Virus record (IMG/VR): IMGVR_UViG_3300037264_004101
Span: 1-55,265 of that record
Source: a virus
Lineage: Duplodnaviria > Caudoviricetes
Length of the DNA stretch: 55,265 bases
Direction: 5' to 3' (one strand)
In this document: positions 12,993 through 21,704 of the stretch, piece after piece
Numbering within the stretch: position 1 is the first letter of the stretch
Layout: every line of letters begins with the position of its first letter
Position numbers and translations under genes: made by a program
The notes under the pieces: generated by a model
What the model was told of the DNA's origin: nothing
The model's input: the letters and a program-made list of their open reading frames with translations, nothing else
Databases searched by the model: none

Positions 12993-15838
12993 TTTGCATC
13001 CTCCCAAGGTATGAGGCGGCCGTCGGCGTCTTTGACCGCCTCGGCTTTCTTACTCCAATGGCGCATGAGCGTCGGCGACGCGCGGGCGGGAACATCGGGT
13101 GTCAGCTCCTCCATCGCCGCGCACATGACGCGCGCCAGCTCAACAGCCGCTTCATGCGCGTACTCCTCAGGAGCCTCGAGCAGAATCTCGTCGTGCAAGA
13201 ACGCCACGGGACGGCAGCCTCCGAGAGGCGATCCCTCGGTACCAGGTGCGCCGTAGCAGGCTTTCGTGACGTCCCAGAGCGCCGATTTGCTCACGTCAGC
13301 GGCGAGCCCTTGGAACAAGGTATTGGCGGCCGACGGGAACGTGCAGCCTCCCCGCAGCCGGCCGGAGTAGAGCTGCTGCATGGTCGCCTCGCCGTTCTCC
13401 GTGAGGTTGCCGATGATTTGAAAATACTCCTTGGCCCAAGGCTCGAACGCGAAATACTGGGCTTTCAACTCCTCCGCTTCCTGCAACGTGAGACTGAGCC
13501 CGTAGCCTTTGGCGTACAGCCGAAAGGTCTTGACGCCCATGCCTCCCGGTATTCCGAAAATACACTGTCCGGTCACGACAGGAATGCCCCCGTCGCGAAC
13601 AAGCACGAATGACGACGGTACAGAGAGACACACAACTTCGCTTCGGTGTTTGCGCCGAGTGGGTTCAAGAGCATCCCCCCGCGTTGCCGAGTGGTCTCCG
13701 ATAGACAGTTTCCAAACGGCCGCGTGCTTTCCTTGAGCTTTGTGGTCAAGCGTCAGTCTCGACTTGTGACCGGACAAGGCAGCGATTGCCTGAAGAACAT
13801 CGGCATTCTGCCTCTTGGTGGTCGAATAGACAAAGCGCCGTCCTTCCTTGCGAACGGATCCATCCCAATGTCTCGCTTCTTCGAGAATCATCTCGCGGTG
13901 CCGCAGAGGTAGATTGATCCACCATTGCGGTAAAGTCTTGTCCACAGTGAGCAAGCGGCGCACTCGGATGGACAGTGTCTTCGAGAGATAGAAGTTCGTC
14001 ACAAGTCTCGGTCGAGATTCGGTCCAACCTTCTACACCCTTCAGCAGTTCCCGCATGCGTTCGATCTTGCGAGTCTTGGTGAAGCCGAGACGAATCCCTG
14101 AACGAGTGAAGCTACCGTCAGCTTGAACAGCTACTGCCAGCCGTAGCATCGACCAGTCCTGTTCACCTCCTGGAAAAGTCCCCGCGCTCATGACACCTGC
14201 CCCCGCCCAGTATCTCGCCTTGGGCAGCTTTTCAGGTGTCGTGACATAGGGGTCGCCGTTCTGGCGAAACCCTAGCATACGATGGTCGGGAGTAACCTTT
14301 AGGTCGATACCTTTGTTCTTGAGATGCACAAGCTCGCCCGTAGGTGCTTTTCTTCGCGTCAAAGCCGTAGGTCGTTCCCAGGCAATCACACATTCGCCGT
14401 CACGTTGAGGATAGGCAGCAGCTACCTCGTCCTCGTAAGTGAGTTGCCCTATCCTCTGCCATCCTCGAGTACGGGTCAGAATCTCCGTGTCAGGATGGAA
14501 GCATGCCTTGGCTCTCTGGCGCCACGCGAGCATGTCGGCATCCTTGGCCTTCTTGCGAGCCAGTGCCTCGGCATACTCGATTTTGAGAAGATGCGCGGCG
14601 AACGCGGTATGGGCATCGAACGCGGGGTCTTGTTGAAACTGCTCGGCCAGGTGAGACCGACCGACCGTCCTCGTGAGGACTTGGGCGAACGTGCGTACCT
14701 CTTGGTTATCGAAGTCGCAGGCGACGAAGACCCTGCCAGGACGGGCCACGAAGCACTCACGCACGCCAGGCTCTCTAGGCTGCTGTTGAATCGCAGGTTG
14801 TCGCGCACTCGTGCGCCCCGTGTTCGCCCCGAGCACGTCATAGTCGGCATGGATCGGCAAAGAACCTGCTGCCTCGAGCTTCTCCACGAAGGCGCCAAGC
14901 TGCTTCTCGGCGTGCGCGTATTCGATCAAAGCATCGAGCGCGGGGTGGTCGCATTGCTCCAGCACCGCTGCGCTGGTCTGAATCGAGTGCTTGGGAGTGA
15001 GAGGCACCTCGCCTTCGCCTGCCCACGTCTTCTCCACAAGGTCGCGGATGGCTGCCAGCTTCTTCGATCCCTTCTTGGGATCGACCAATCCCGCTTGTAG
15101 CAGGACTCGGTGCTTTTCTGAAATCGTCTGGGCCAGCCGGCCGCGCAGCTCCCTCACGCGGGCTTGGTCGGTCGTGAGGCCCCAGCAACGCATGAGCTGA
15201 AACGCGAAGGCGTAGGCGGCCTGCCTGCCACACTCGGCGGTCCACATATCGTAGGGCCTGCCGCCGTACAATGTCCGCTTGACCTCGGCCTCCTGATGCT
15301 CCCACACCGAATAAGTGACCCCCGCATCGGTGAGCGCGTATTCTCTAGCGCCCTGGGGCCATTGCCATAGCGGCATGCCGTCGAGGGACTGGTAGTTGAG
15401 CCGCCAGGTCTCTTTGTCCAAAGTGAGGCCGATACGTTGTTTGGCGATCTCCGCAAGGCTGTGACCTTTGCGGTGCAGCTCTCCCTCCGCGTCTTCCGTG
15501 AACCGGCTGCCACGTGCGATGTCAATCAAGCGCTCTCGAATGCGCGTGCATTGCACGGCGAGGTTGTCGTAGGCGCGCCAGACCACGCGACCGACGGCGC
15601 CTTGAAGCTCTCCATCGTAGTTCAAGGCGCACGCCAGATCGTAAGCAATGTTGTGACCGACGAGCAGCTCGGACTCCTTCTCGCCTGCCTGCTGTAGCGT
15701 CTCGATCAAACGCCCGAGCCCTTCCTGCCGGTCGTAGAGCGTAGCGGTCATCTCGGTTGACTCGCTCACGCATACTATGGGCGGCGCCATGCTCCCTGGC
15801 TTGAACAGGTGCGTTTCGGTATCGAAAGCTGTTATCAC
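12989..15838 (-). CDS. polA: family A DNA polymerase (3'-5' exonuclease plus polymerase), intein-containing
   Basis: ExoI FDTET, ExoII GHNIAYD, ExoIII YALTDA, TGRTS, motif A CDFDNQEVR, motif B RQRAKA/CIFG, motif C FLHDEI. Confidence 0.95.
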   Translation of the reverse strand: MITAFDTETHLFKPGSMAPPIVCVSESTEMTATLYDRQEGLGRLIETLQQAGEKESELLVGHNIAYDLACALNYDGELQGAVGRVVWRAYDNLAVQCTRIRERLIDIARGSRFTEDAEGELHRKGHSLAEIAKQRIGLTLDKETWRLNYQSLDGMPLWQWPQGAREYALTDAGVTYSVWEHQEAEVKRTLYGGRPYDMWTAECGRQAAYAFAFQLMRCWGLTTDQARVRELRGRLAQTISEKHRVLLQAGLVDPKKGSKKLAAIRDLVEKTWAGEGEVPLTPKHSIQTSAAVLEQCDHPALDALIEYAHAEKQLGAFVEKLEAAGSLPIHADYDVLGANTGRTSARQPAIQQQPREPGVRECFVARPGRVFVACDFDNQEVRTFAQVLTRTVGRSHLAEQFQQDPAFDAHTAFAAHLLKIEYAEALARKKAKDADMLAWRQRAKACFHPDTEILTRTRGWQRIGQLTYEDEVAAAYPQRDGECVIAWERPTALTRRKAPTGELVHLKNKGIDLKVTPDHRMLGFRQNGDPYVTTPEKLPKARYWAGAGVMSAGTFPGGEQDWSMLRLAVAVQADGSFTRSGIRLGFTKTRKIERMRELLKGVEGWTESRPRLVTNFYLSKTLSIRVRRLLTVDKTLPQWWINLPLRHREMILEEARHWDGSVRKEGRRFVYSTTKRQNADVLQAIAALSGHKSRLTLDHKAQGKHAAVWKLSIGDHSATRGDALEPTRRKHRSEVVCLSVPSSFVLVRDGGIPVVTGQCIFGIPGGMGVKTFRLYAKGYGLSLTLQEAEELKAQYFAFEPWAKEYFQIIGNLTENGEATMQQLYSGRLRGGCTFPSAANTLFQGLAADVSKSALWDVTKACYGAPGTEGSPLGGCRPVAFLHDEILLEAPEEYAHEAAVELARVMCAAMEELTPDVPARASPTLMRHWSKKAEAVKDADGRLIPWEDAK
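13565..14503 (-). mobile_element. 313-aa intein with LAGLIDADG-type homing endonuclease domain
   Basis: Starts CFHPDTEILT, block B VTPDHRM, motifs LAVAVQADGS and LEEARHWDGS, ends VVCLSVPSSFVLVR...VTGQ followed by extein Cys. Confidence 0.93.
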
Positions 15839-15910
15839 GCAAGAGCCTTTTGAAATGCGCGTCTCTCCGCGCTGTCACGCCTAGCAAGCCGGCGTTCGCA
15901 AAAAATGTGC

Positions 15911-16474
15911 TTAGAAGGGAATCTCTTCGTGAGTCCCAATACCGGCCGCGATTCGCAGCTCGGCAGCCTTCGCCTGAGTCTCGTCCGCGACCGGATACCA
16001 CCAATGCTTGGTGAACTCCTTGCCAGTCTTCTGGCTGACCTTCGTGAAGCATTCCAACTTCAGCAGCCGTCCACGCACCGGCTGTCCAACTGATGACATG
16101 CCTTCGATACTGAGCACCGAAGCCAGTTCATCGTCTGTCAAAGGTCTGCCAACAAGCTTTCCGAACCACGCTTGCGCCGAAGCCACGCTCGGGAACAAGG
16201 CGTTGATGAACCTCTTACAATCGTCGGCCGAGGGAGCGTGCAGCGAGTTGAGAATCTGGCTCACTCCTCTCGTGCCTGCAGGGCGCGACGGGACATTGCT
16301 CTGAATGATATCGAACACGAGCGCAACCATCTCCACCCCTTCCCTTCCCGGCTTCGTGCTCTGAAAGAACTTGAACTGGTCGAGCTGGACCAGAGGGTAG
16401 TTACCCTGCTCGAAGAAAATACCCGTGTTATCGTTGGGGGTTGCTTCTGCGACTCTTTGAGCGAACATAGACAT
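15911..16474 (-). CDS. putative single-stranded DNA-binding protein
   Basis: Lies between helicase and polymerase, OB-like composition, acidic-aromatic tail EEIPF. Confidence 0.6.
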   Translation of the reverse strand: MSMFAQRVAEATPNDNTGIFFEQGNYPLVQLDQFKFFQSTKPGREGVEMVALVFDIIQSNVPSRPAGTRGVSQILNSLHAPSADDCKRFINALFPSVASAQAWFGKLVGRPLTDDELASVLSIEGMSSVGQPVRGRLLKLECFTKVSQKTGKEFTKHWWYPVADETQAKAAELRIAAGIGTHEEIPF

Positions 16475-16510
16475 TCAAAACTCCTTGCGCGTTCGCGCCT
16501 TGTGCGGTGC

Positions 16511-16810
16511 CTAAGCCAGGTCTTCCTTCTCGGCGAACCAAGCGGGCACGTAGAACCTCTGCTCTCCTGTAAGGTCTCTTCCTTCAGAGAGCAATACTGA
16601 TTTGGGGATCCATACCTTCTGCCCCATGAAGCCGGGCGTGATCTCGAACAGGACGGCCTTGAGCGTTTCGGTGCGGCGAGTGTGGAAGGCGATACCCACA
16701 GGCTCTTGCTGGCGCTCGCGCTCCTCTGTCGCGCAGTCCCGGCAAACATCATAGTCCTCGCCTTTCCATCCGTCGCATTCGGGACAGGTGTTCTCGAGCT
16801 TCAAAGGCAT
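16511..16810 (-). CDS. small Zn-binding hypothetical protein
   Basis: CPEC and CRDC, plus WIPKS and VPAWFAEKE motifs. Confidence 0.65.
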   Translation of the reverse strand: MPLKLENTCPECDGWKGEDYDVCRDCATEERERQQEPVGIAFHTRRTETLKAVLFEITPGFMGQKVWIPKSVLLSEGRDLTGEQRFYVPAWFAEKEDLA

Positions 16811-16822
16811 TCGTTACCTCTT

Positions 16823-18613
16823 TCAAACATCGACGTTCGCATACAAGAGCTTCTGTCGTGCCCCCGTGGTTTCCTCGATATACCGGGCGTCGGCTCGAGC
16901 GCGGTCGAAGCCGGCAGCAAGCTCGTCGGTGTGCAGGTAGATTTCGCAGCACACCTCGTCGGCGAGTTGACCGGGGCGGTGCGTGCGCCCAAGCAGCTGC
17001 TCGAACGTTTTACCGCTCGGAGGGCAGGACACGAGCAGGTTCTTGCTCCAGTGCTGCAGGTTCTTGCCTTCGCTGTGCGCACGGATACTGGCGATGACAG
17101 GGCCGCGAGCATCAAGGATGTTGGCCGAGGCTCCCATGCCGGCTCCGAAGTAGGGATAACCGCTCAGCGCGGCCAAACGTTCACCGACAGCGATGTGCTC
17201 AATCCAGCAGATGCCGCCCTCGCCGTCGCGTTCGCGGTCGCGCATCCACGAAATGGCGTCTTCGAGGGCGAAGTCAGAAAGCCATTCAGGCACCGTGTTT
17301 GGTTTGAAGCTGTCGCGGATCTCTCGCCATTCGCGCCATGCCGAAGGCTGCGGATCCTGGCGCTCGGCGTCTCCGGCGACCAGAAGCTCGCTATCGAGAC
17401 CTCGGCGATTGTGCTCTAGCGTGTCACGCACGTAGCGCTTCCAGGCTTTACGAGCTTCAAGCCAGTCTTCAGGCGCAGGGGGCTGCCACTTGTAGAAAAA
17501 CCCACAAGCCAGCTCGCGTGCATGCCGCCAAAGCTCTACGGCCTCGGTAATCGTGTCGCCGTTCGGCGTCTCCCAGGTGGCGCGCATCTGCGCGAGCTTG
17601 CGCCCGACGTCATCCGGCAGGCGCAAGGGTCTGCGAAGGATCGACAGCGAGACCCCTAGCTCGCTCTCGCTGGTAGCCACGACACCGAGGGTCTGCACCA
17701 AGCGTCGCCGATATCCGTCCCTTGCCGTCTCCTTGGGATTGGCGGGGTCGCAGAGCTCGAGCAGCGCTCCTGGTTCGGCGCGGACCTGAACATCTGCATC
17801 GAGGGCATCGGCCCAGCACGCCATCTCACGCCACGTGCGCGGCATTGGTGCCAAGCCGCCCTTGAGCGCCCAGAGCAGGAGGTGCCAATAGTCCTTCAAA
17901 CTCTTGCGCGTCACGGTGCCAGACATCGCGGCGACTCTGACCTGCTGGTTCTCGCGCAGGTATTCCTTCAACCGCTTCGTTCGAGCGGTTGAAGGAGCTT
18001 TGACCGCATGCGCTTCGTCGAGCACGATGAGGTCGGGCTTGAGTCGAAAGAGCATGTCCTTGTTCTTCGCCAGACTCAGTTCGCTGTAGCCACGAACCTG
18101 CAGGCCGCTGTGCAGCCTCCAATGCTTGCGCATCTCGGGAATGACCTTGCGAAGAGTCTGGTCGCGGAGCTGTGCCGGCACGAGCAACAGCGGCCGCTCG
18201 GCACCGAGGACCACGGGAGCGAGCAAGCTGATGAGCGCCTTCCCTCGGCCGACACCGATGGGGCCGAAGAAGCCTCCCGTCGTGACCATCTCAATGAGCG
18301 CCACGACTTGCGTGTCCCACAAGCGCATGACGCTGTTCGGCAGCCGAAGCCATTCTTCCAAGCCCGCGCGTGCTTCTTCGATGGAAGGGTCTTTCTCCCA
18401 TTCGCGGCGCGGGAGCTTTGCGATGCGCTCGAACTCGTTGCTGCGGACGACACCGTAGTGTCGAATGAGTTTCGACACGGCCGAAGCGGCATGGGCATCT
18501 TCTATAGCACCGCTCGACACGACGGCACGCAAGAACGTGTCTCGCTTGTTGCTCTGAATCTGTCCCAACAGCCGCGCGCCCGAGTCTCCCAGGCCCGCTG
18601 CTATCCTGACCAC
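16823..18613 (-). CDS. superfamily 2 (SNF2-like) helicase
   Basis: GVGRGKA, LIVLDEAH, MSGT, SEGKNLQ and EQLLGRTHRPGQ. Confidence 0.88.
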   Translation of the reverse strand: MVRIAAGLGDSGARLLGQIQSNKRDTFLRAVVSSGAIEDAHAASAVSKLIRHYGVVRSNEFERIAKLPRREWEKDPSIEEARAGLEEWLRLPNSVMRLWDTQVVALIEMVTTGGFFGPIGVGRGKALISLLAPVVLGAERPLLLVPAQLRDQTLRKVIPEMRKHWRLHSGLQVRGYSELSLAKNKDMLFRLKPDLIVLDEAHAVKAPSTARTKRLKEYLRENQQVRVAAMSGTVTRKSLKDYWHLLLWALKGGLAPMPRTWREMACWADALDADVQVRAEPGALLELCDPANPKETARDGYRRRLVQTLGVVATSESELGVSLSILRRPLRLPDDVGRKLAQMRATWETPNGDTITEAVELWRHARELACGFFYKWQPPAPEDWLEARKAWKRYVRDTLEHNRRGLDSELLVAGDAERQDPQPSAWREWREIRDSFKPNTVPEWLSDFALEDAISWMRDRERDGEGGICWIEHIAVGERLAALSGYPYFGAGMGASANILDARGPVIASIRAHSEGKNLQHWSKNLLVSCPPSGKTFEQLLGRTHRPGQLADEVCCEIYLHTDELAAGFDRARADARYIEETTGARQKLLYANVDV

Positions 18614-18616
18614 GGC

Positions 18617-20095
18617 TTAGGCCAAACCGCGAACCAGAACGTCCGCGTGCTTGTAAAGCACTTCGCGAACCGCCTTGGCCTCCTCGGTGAACGGGTCCAC
18701 AAGGATGGTGCCCTTCCACGCGGATTCGGTGAGCCAACGATCGAAGGCGTAGGCCAGACCTGCCTTGCCTTCGTTGTACGGAATCATCAGCCAATGCGCC
18801 TTGCCGGCGCCGTCGGCGACTTGCTGCATGAGCGGTTCCAACAGCTCAACAAGCTGAACAGGTCGTTCCTTGCCGTTGGGATACTTGAGCACAGCGGCTT
18901 GCAAGATGACCGAGAGCTGTCCGTTGGCAGTCGATGGTTGGGCCTTTGCCGTCATCACGACCGCAGGAGCAAGTGCCGCAGGCGTCGCGTGAACAGGAGC
19001 CGCTTGCGCTGGTGCAGGTGCTTGCGCCGGAGTCTGAGCCGCCGTCTGCTTCGCCTTCAAGCTATCGAGTAGGCCCAGAGGCTTGGCTGTCGCTGCCACG
19101 ACCGTTGTCGGCGTCCGCATTGCCTCAAGCACGTTGGAAACGGTCTCTGCGGGTACCGCCTGCGGAGGATTCACACCCTTGGCGCCCTTCGATTTCATGA
19201 TGTCTTGCAGCGACGGAGTTGCTTGAGCCGGTGCTGGTTGAGCCGGTGCTGCTTGAGCCGGTGCTGCTTTACTTCGCATAGCGTTGAGCTGGTCTAGAAG
19301 TCCCATGGTATCTTTTACTCCTTGCGCAGTTGAACGAGGGAAGGAGCTTGTACTAAATCCTTCGCTCGAAGTAAAGAAATTTTTAGGGAACGAACCAAGT
19401 GCAGATCCGATGGAGCATTTTGAGCGATAGGGGCAGCCCCCATAACTGACGCATGCCGATTCGTTGCCTCGCACGGCTTCGGGATGAGGCGCCGCCACTC
19501 TCAGATTCGCCAAGACCGAAGCCTTGAGCTTCAAACCTTCCCAGGCGTAACGTGCTTCTCGCGCCGTGGTCGTGAAGCTGACGGGTAGCACCTTTTTGCT
19601 GCCCTTCTGATAGTAGAGCCAACGACACTCAACACGCTCGGCCTCGGGGAAGAACTCCACAGCGGCTCTGCCGTAGGCGATGGCTTGAGGATCTCCCGCA
19701 AGCTCAATGGGTGTTTTAGCCCACGTGAGATTGGACACGAACTTGTGGTCAATAACGACCGCGACACCGTTCTCGGGAGGGACCAGGCAGTCGATGAAGC
19801 CGACGAACTCGGAGCCCTCCTCCAAAGGCAGGAAGAACTCCTGCTCCAACAGCAACGAAGAATCGGGGAGGGGCAGGTATCCCGGCCGGCGCGCGGCATT
19901 GATGAGCTTCCCCAGCTTGTCGTTCCCTGGCTCTTGTCCGTGCTTGAGCAAAGCTTCGACGCGTGCGTGTCCTTCAATACCCTCGACCTGCTGCTCGGTC
20001 TCGGGCTCCTTGAGCCCTTCGATGTAGCGATAGGCCCACTTCCGAGGGCAAGCATCGTACAGAGCTATCTGAGTAGGCGAGACGTGGACGGTCAT
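18617..20095 (-). CDS. PD-(D/E)XK (RecB/Cas4-like) exonuclease with long C-terminal extension
   Basis: CPRKWAYRY, G...H, GFID, VIDHK, Q...Y and C....GCPY..C. Confidence 0.85.
   Translation of the reverse strand: MTVHVSPTQIALYDACPRKWAYRYIEGLKEPETEQQVEGIEGHARVEALLKHGQEPGNDKLGKLINAARRPGYLPLPDSSLLLEQEFFLPLEEGSEFVGFIDCLVPPENGVAVVIDHKFVSNLTWAKTPIELAGDPQAIAYGRAAVEFFPEAERVECRWLYYQKGSKKVLPVSFTTTAREARYAWEGLKLKASVLANLRVAAPHPEAVRGNESACVSYGGCPYRSKCSIGSALGSFPKNFFTSSEGFSTSSFPRSTAQGVKDTMGLLDQLNAMRSKAAPAQAAPAQPAPAQATPSLQDIMKSKGAKGVNPPQAVPAETVSNVLEAMRTPTTVVAATAKPLGLLDSLKAKQTAAQTPAQAPAPAQAAPVHATPAALAPAVVMTAKAQPSTANGQLSVILQAAVLKYPNGKERPVQLVELLEPLMQQVADGAGKAHWLMIPYNEGKAGLAYAFDRWLTESAWKGTILVDPFTEEAKAVREVLYKHADVLVRGLA
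19221..19268 (-). repeat. 15-bp coding tandem repeat (AAPAQ, three copies)
   Basis: gcttgagccggtgct-type unit repeated three times. Confidence 0.8.
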
Positions 20096-20334
20096 GTACG
20101 CACGTCAACGTCAACGAATCCCTGTCGCTGCAGCCACGCCAGGACTTCAAGCGTATCGAACCTTGCGACCGTGTGCTTGTCGCAATTCACGCACATCACC
20201 TCGCCGAGTGGACTACCCCGCCCGTCGAGCCGCATGTGTAGTCCACTCGGCTTTCGAGGCAGCACGAAAGCCACGGTGTCGAAGTCGTGATTGAGGGCTT
20301 TTTGGACCGCCTGGGCCATTTCAGAGGGGGTCAA
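20092..20334 (-). CDS. hypothetical protein
   Basis: 80 aa, coupled to neighbours. Confidence 0.55.
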   Translation of the reverse strand: MTPSEMAQAVQKALNHDFDTVAFVLPRKPSGLHMRLDGRGSPLGEVMCVNCDKHTVARFDTLEVLAWLQRQGFVDVDVRT

Positions 20335-20548
20335 GGGGTGTCTCGAACGGGATCATATGATTGTAGCAGTTGCCGTCCTCGCACGTGTCCTCACTGGCGG
20401 TGCGCTGGGCCGCCTCGCAGTCCATCGTATGACCTTCTTCGCAGGGCGCGAAGTCCGCGAGCGTGCAGCCGCACTCGGTTTCGCTATTGCACAAGCCGTC
20501 AGCGCCCATCGTGACGAGCTGTTTCTTGATCATGTCGAACGTGTTCAT
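20321..20548 (-). CDS. Cys-rich hypothetical protein
   Basis: DGLCN..ECGCTLADFAPC motif; GAGG RBS. Confidence 0.65.
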   Translation of the reverse strand: MNTFDMIKKQLVTMGADGLCNSETECGCTLADFAPCEEGHTMDCEAAQRTASEDTCEDGNCYNHMIPFETPLDPL

Positions 20549-20775
20549 GTTTTGTCCTCGAAAGCCGGCGTGCAGGCGATGGCGGCGTTTGCCGTCATGA
20601 CGGCTTCACGGACCTTGCAGATGGCCGCGCTTTGGTCGGCTCCCTCGGGGGTGTTTTTCAAAATGGCTTTGGCCAAAGCCTTTCCAGCGTCGCGGAGGGC
20701 TTCGTACTTCGGCACCTGGGTCGATAGCGGCTTGTGGTAGGTGAACCAGTGCTCGATGTCGAGGTCGGTGATCAT
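20545..20775 (-). CDS. Acb2/Tad1-like anti-defence nucleotide-sponge protein
   Basis: FTYHKP...Q..KYEALR..GK.LA..I...P...D.S.AI.KVREAVM.ANAAIA matches the Acb2/Tad1 helical-hairpin pattern as I recall it. Confidence 0.7.
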   Translation of the reverse strand: MITDLDIEHWFTYHKPLSTQVPKYEALRDAGKALAKAILKNTPEGADQSAAICKVREAVMTANAAIACTPAFEDKT

Positions 20776-21164
20776 TGCACGGGCTCCTGAGCTTGTGTGA
20801 GGGCGCATGCCAAGGCTTCATGGAACATTGCAAACTCCGCAATGCCCGACGTCTCTTGGAACATGACCAACAGGTCGGCGCGGGGCAAGTCTCCGAAATC
20901 GTAATTCACGCCGTCCCCGTAGGCGCGGCGTGCGCGCTCCTCGTGCTTGCGCAAGACCTCGAGCTTCTGCCGGTTGTTCAGCTCCCATCCGCCCGCGCGG
21001 CCGATCAAGCTCATAATGTCGGCGTAGTGCTCGCGCTTGATGCGAACGAGAAAGTGGTCCGGAGGATCGTTGGGCATCACGAAGATCGGCACGGGCGTTT
21101 GGTACAGCAACGACCGCCGCAGGCTGTCGATCAAGTGATTCGTGTCATCATGGCTGAGCGTCAT
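20772..21164 (-). CDS. hypothetical protein
   Basis: 130 aa, ATGA coupling on both sides. Confidence 0.65.
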   Translation of the reverse strand: MTLSHDDTNHLIDSLRRSLLYQTPVPIFVMPNDPPDHFLVRIKREHYADIMSLIGRAGGWELNNRQKLEVLRKHEERARRAYGDGVNYDFGDLPRADLLVMFQETSGIAEFAMFHEALACALTQAQEPVQ

Positions 21165-21610
21165 GCCGGCCCCCGTTTCACACTGTACTTCTGAAAGATG
21201 CGTGCACGGCGCTGCTCCTCTGTCTCTGAAGGCTCGTCGCGGCGCTGTTGCATCAGGGAGCGAAGGTCGCGGGGGTCTCCCGGACGTGCGGCGACCGGCG
21301 TCGGTATGGTGAACCGGCCACCCTGGATGCTCTCGCGAGCGATGCGTGCCAGCAGTGCCGACCTGCGCTTGTCCTCGAAGGTGCGGCCTTCGACAGGGAG
21401 CATCTTGGCTTCATCACCGGGGTTCGGGACGCTCTGACCTGCTTCCTGAAAAACCTTCTCGGTGTGAACGGTATTGCAGGCGGTGCAGCGCCAAAGCCCG
21501 TCGTAGCCTCTGATGGCGGGGTCGGCGAGGTGGTGAAGACCTCGCAAGCACAGCTTTCCCGGTTCTGGACCTTTGCACGGTTCGAGCTGCTGTTCGTTAA
21601 CGAGAGGCAT
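21161..21610 (-). CDS. hypothetical protein with possible Zn-binding motif
   Basis: CLRGLHH...WRCTAC; AAGGGA RBS before MPLVNE. Confidence 0.55.
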   Translation of the reverse strand: MPLVNEQQLEPCKGPEPGKLCLRGLHHLADPAIRGYDGLWRCTACNTVHTEKVFQEAGQSVPNPGDEAKMLPVEGRTFEDKRRSALLARIARESIQGGRFTIPTPVAARPGDPRDLRSLMQQRRDEPSETEEQRRARIFQKYSVKRGPA

Positions 21611-21704
21611 GACTGTCCCTTTCTTCGAGCCCATGAACCAGTCGATACACCTGCCAGCGAACCAGCAGACTCCAATACAGTTTCTTCAGCCAGTGCACAA
21701 GCAT
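21597..21704 (-). CDS. possible 35-aa peptide
   Basis: ATG overlaps the primase stop (TGATG) and the ORF fills the gap to the next gene. Confidence 0.35.
   Translation of the reverse strand: MLVHWLKKLYWSLLVRWQVYRLVHGLEERDSHASR

Noticed and set aside
18288-18295. Other CTGATGA occurrences (e.g. in the helicase, queC and protease genes)
   Set aside because: I saw no correctly placed GAAAC, GUH or flanking stems; they lie inside coding sequence.
18617-20095. Cas4 as evidence of a CRISPR-Cas system
   Set aside because: It is a standalone PD-(D/E)XK nuclease in a replication module, with no cas1/cas2 or array.
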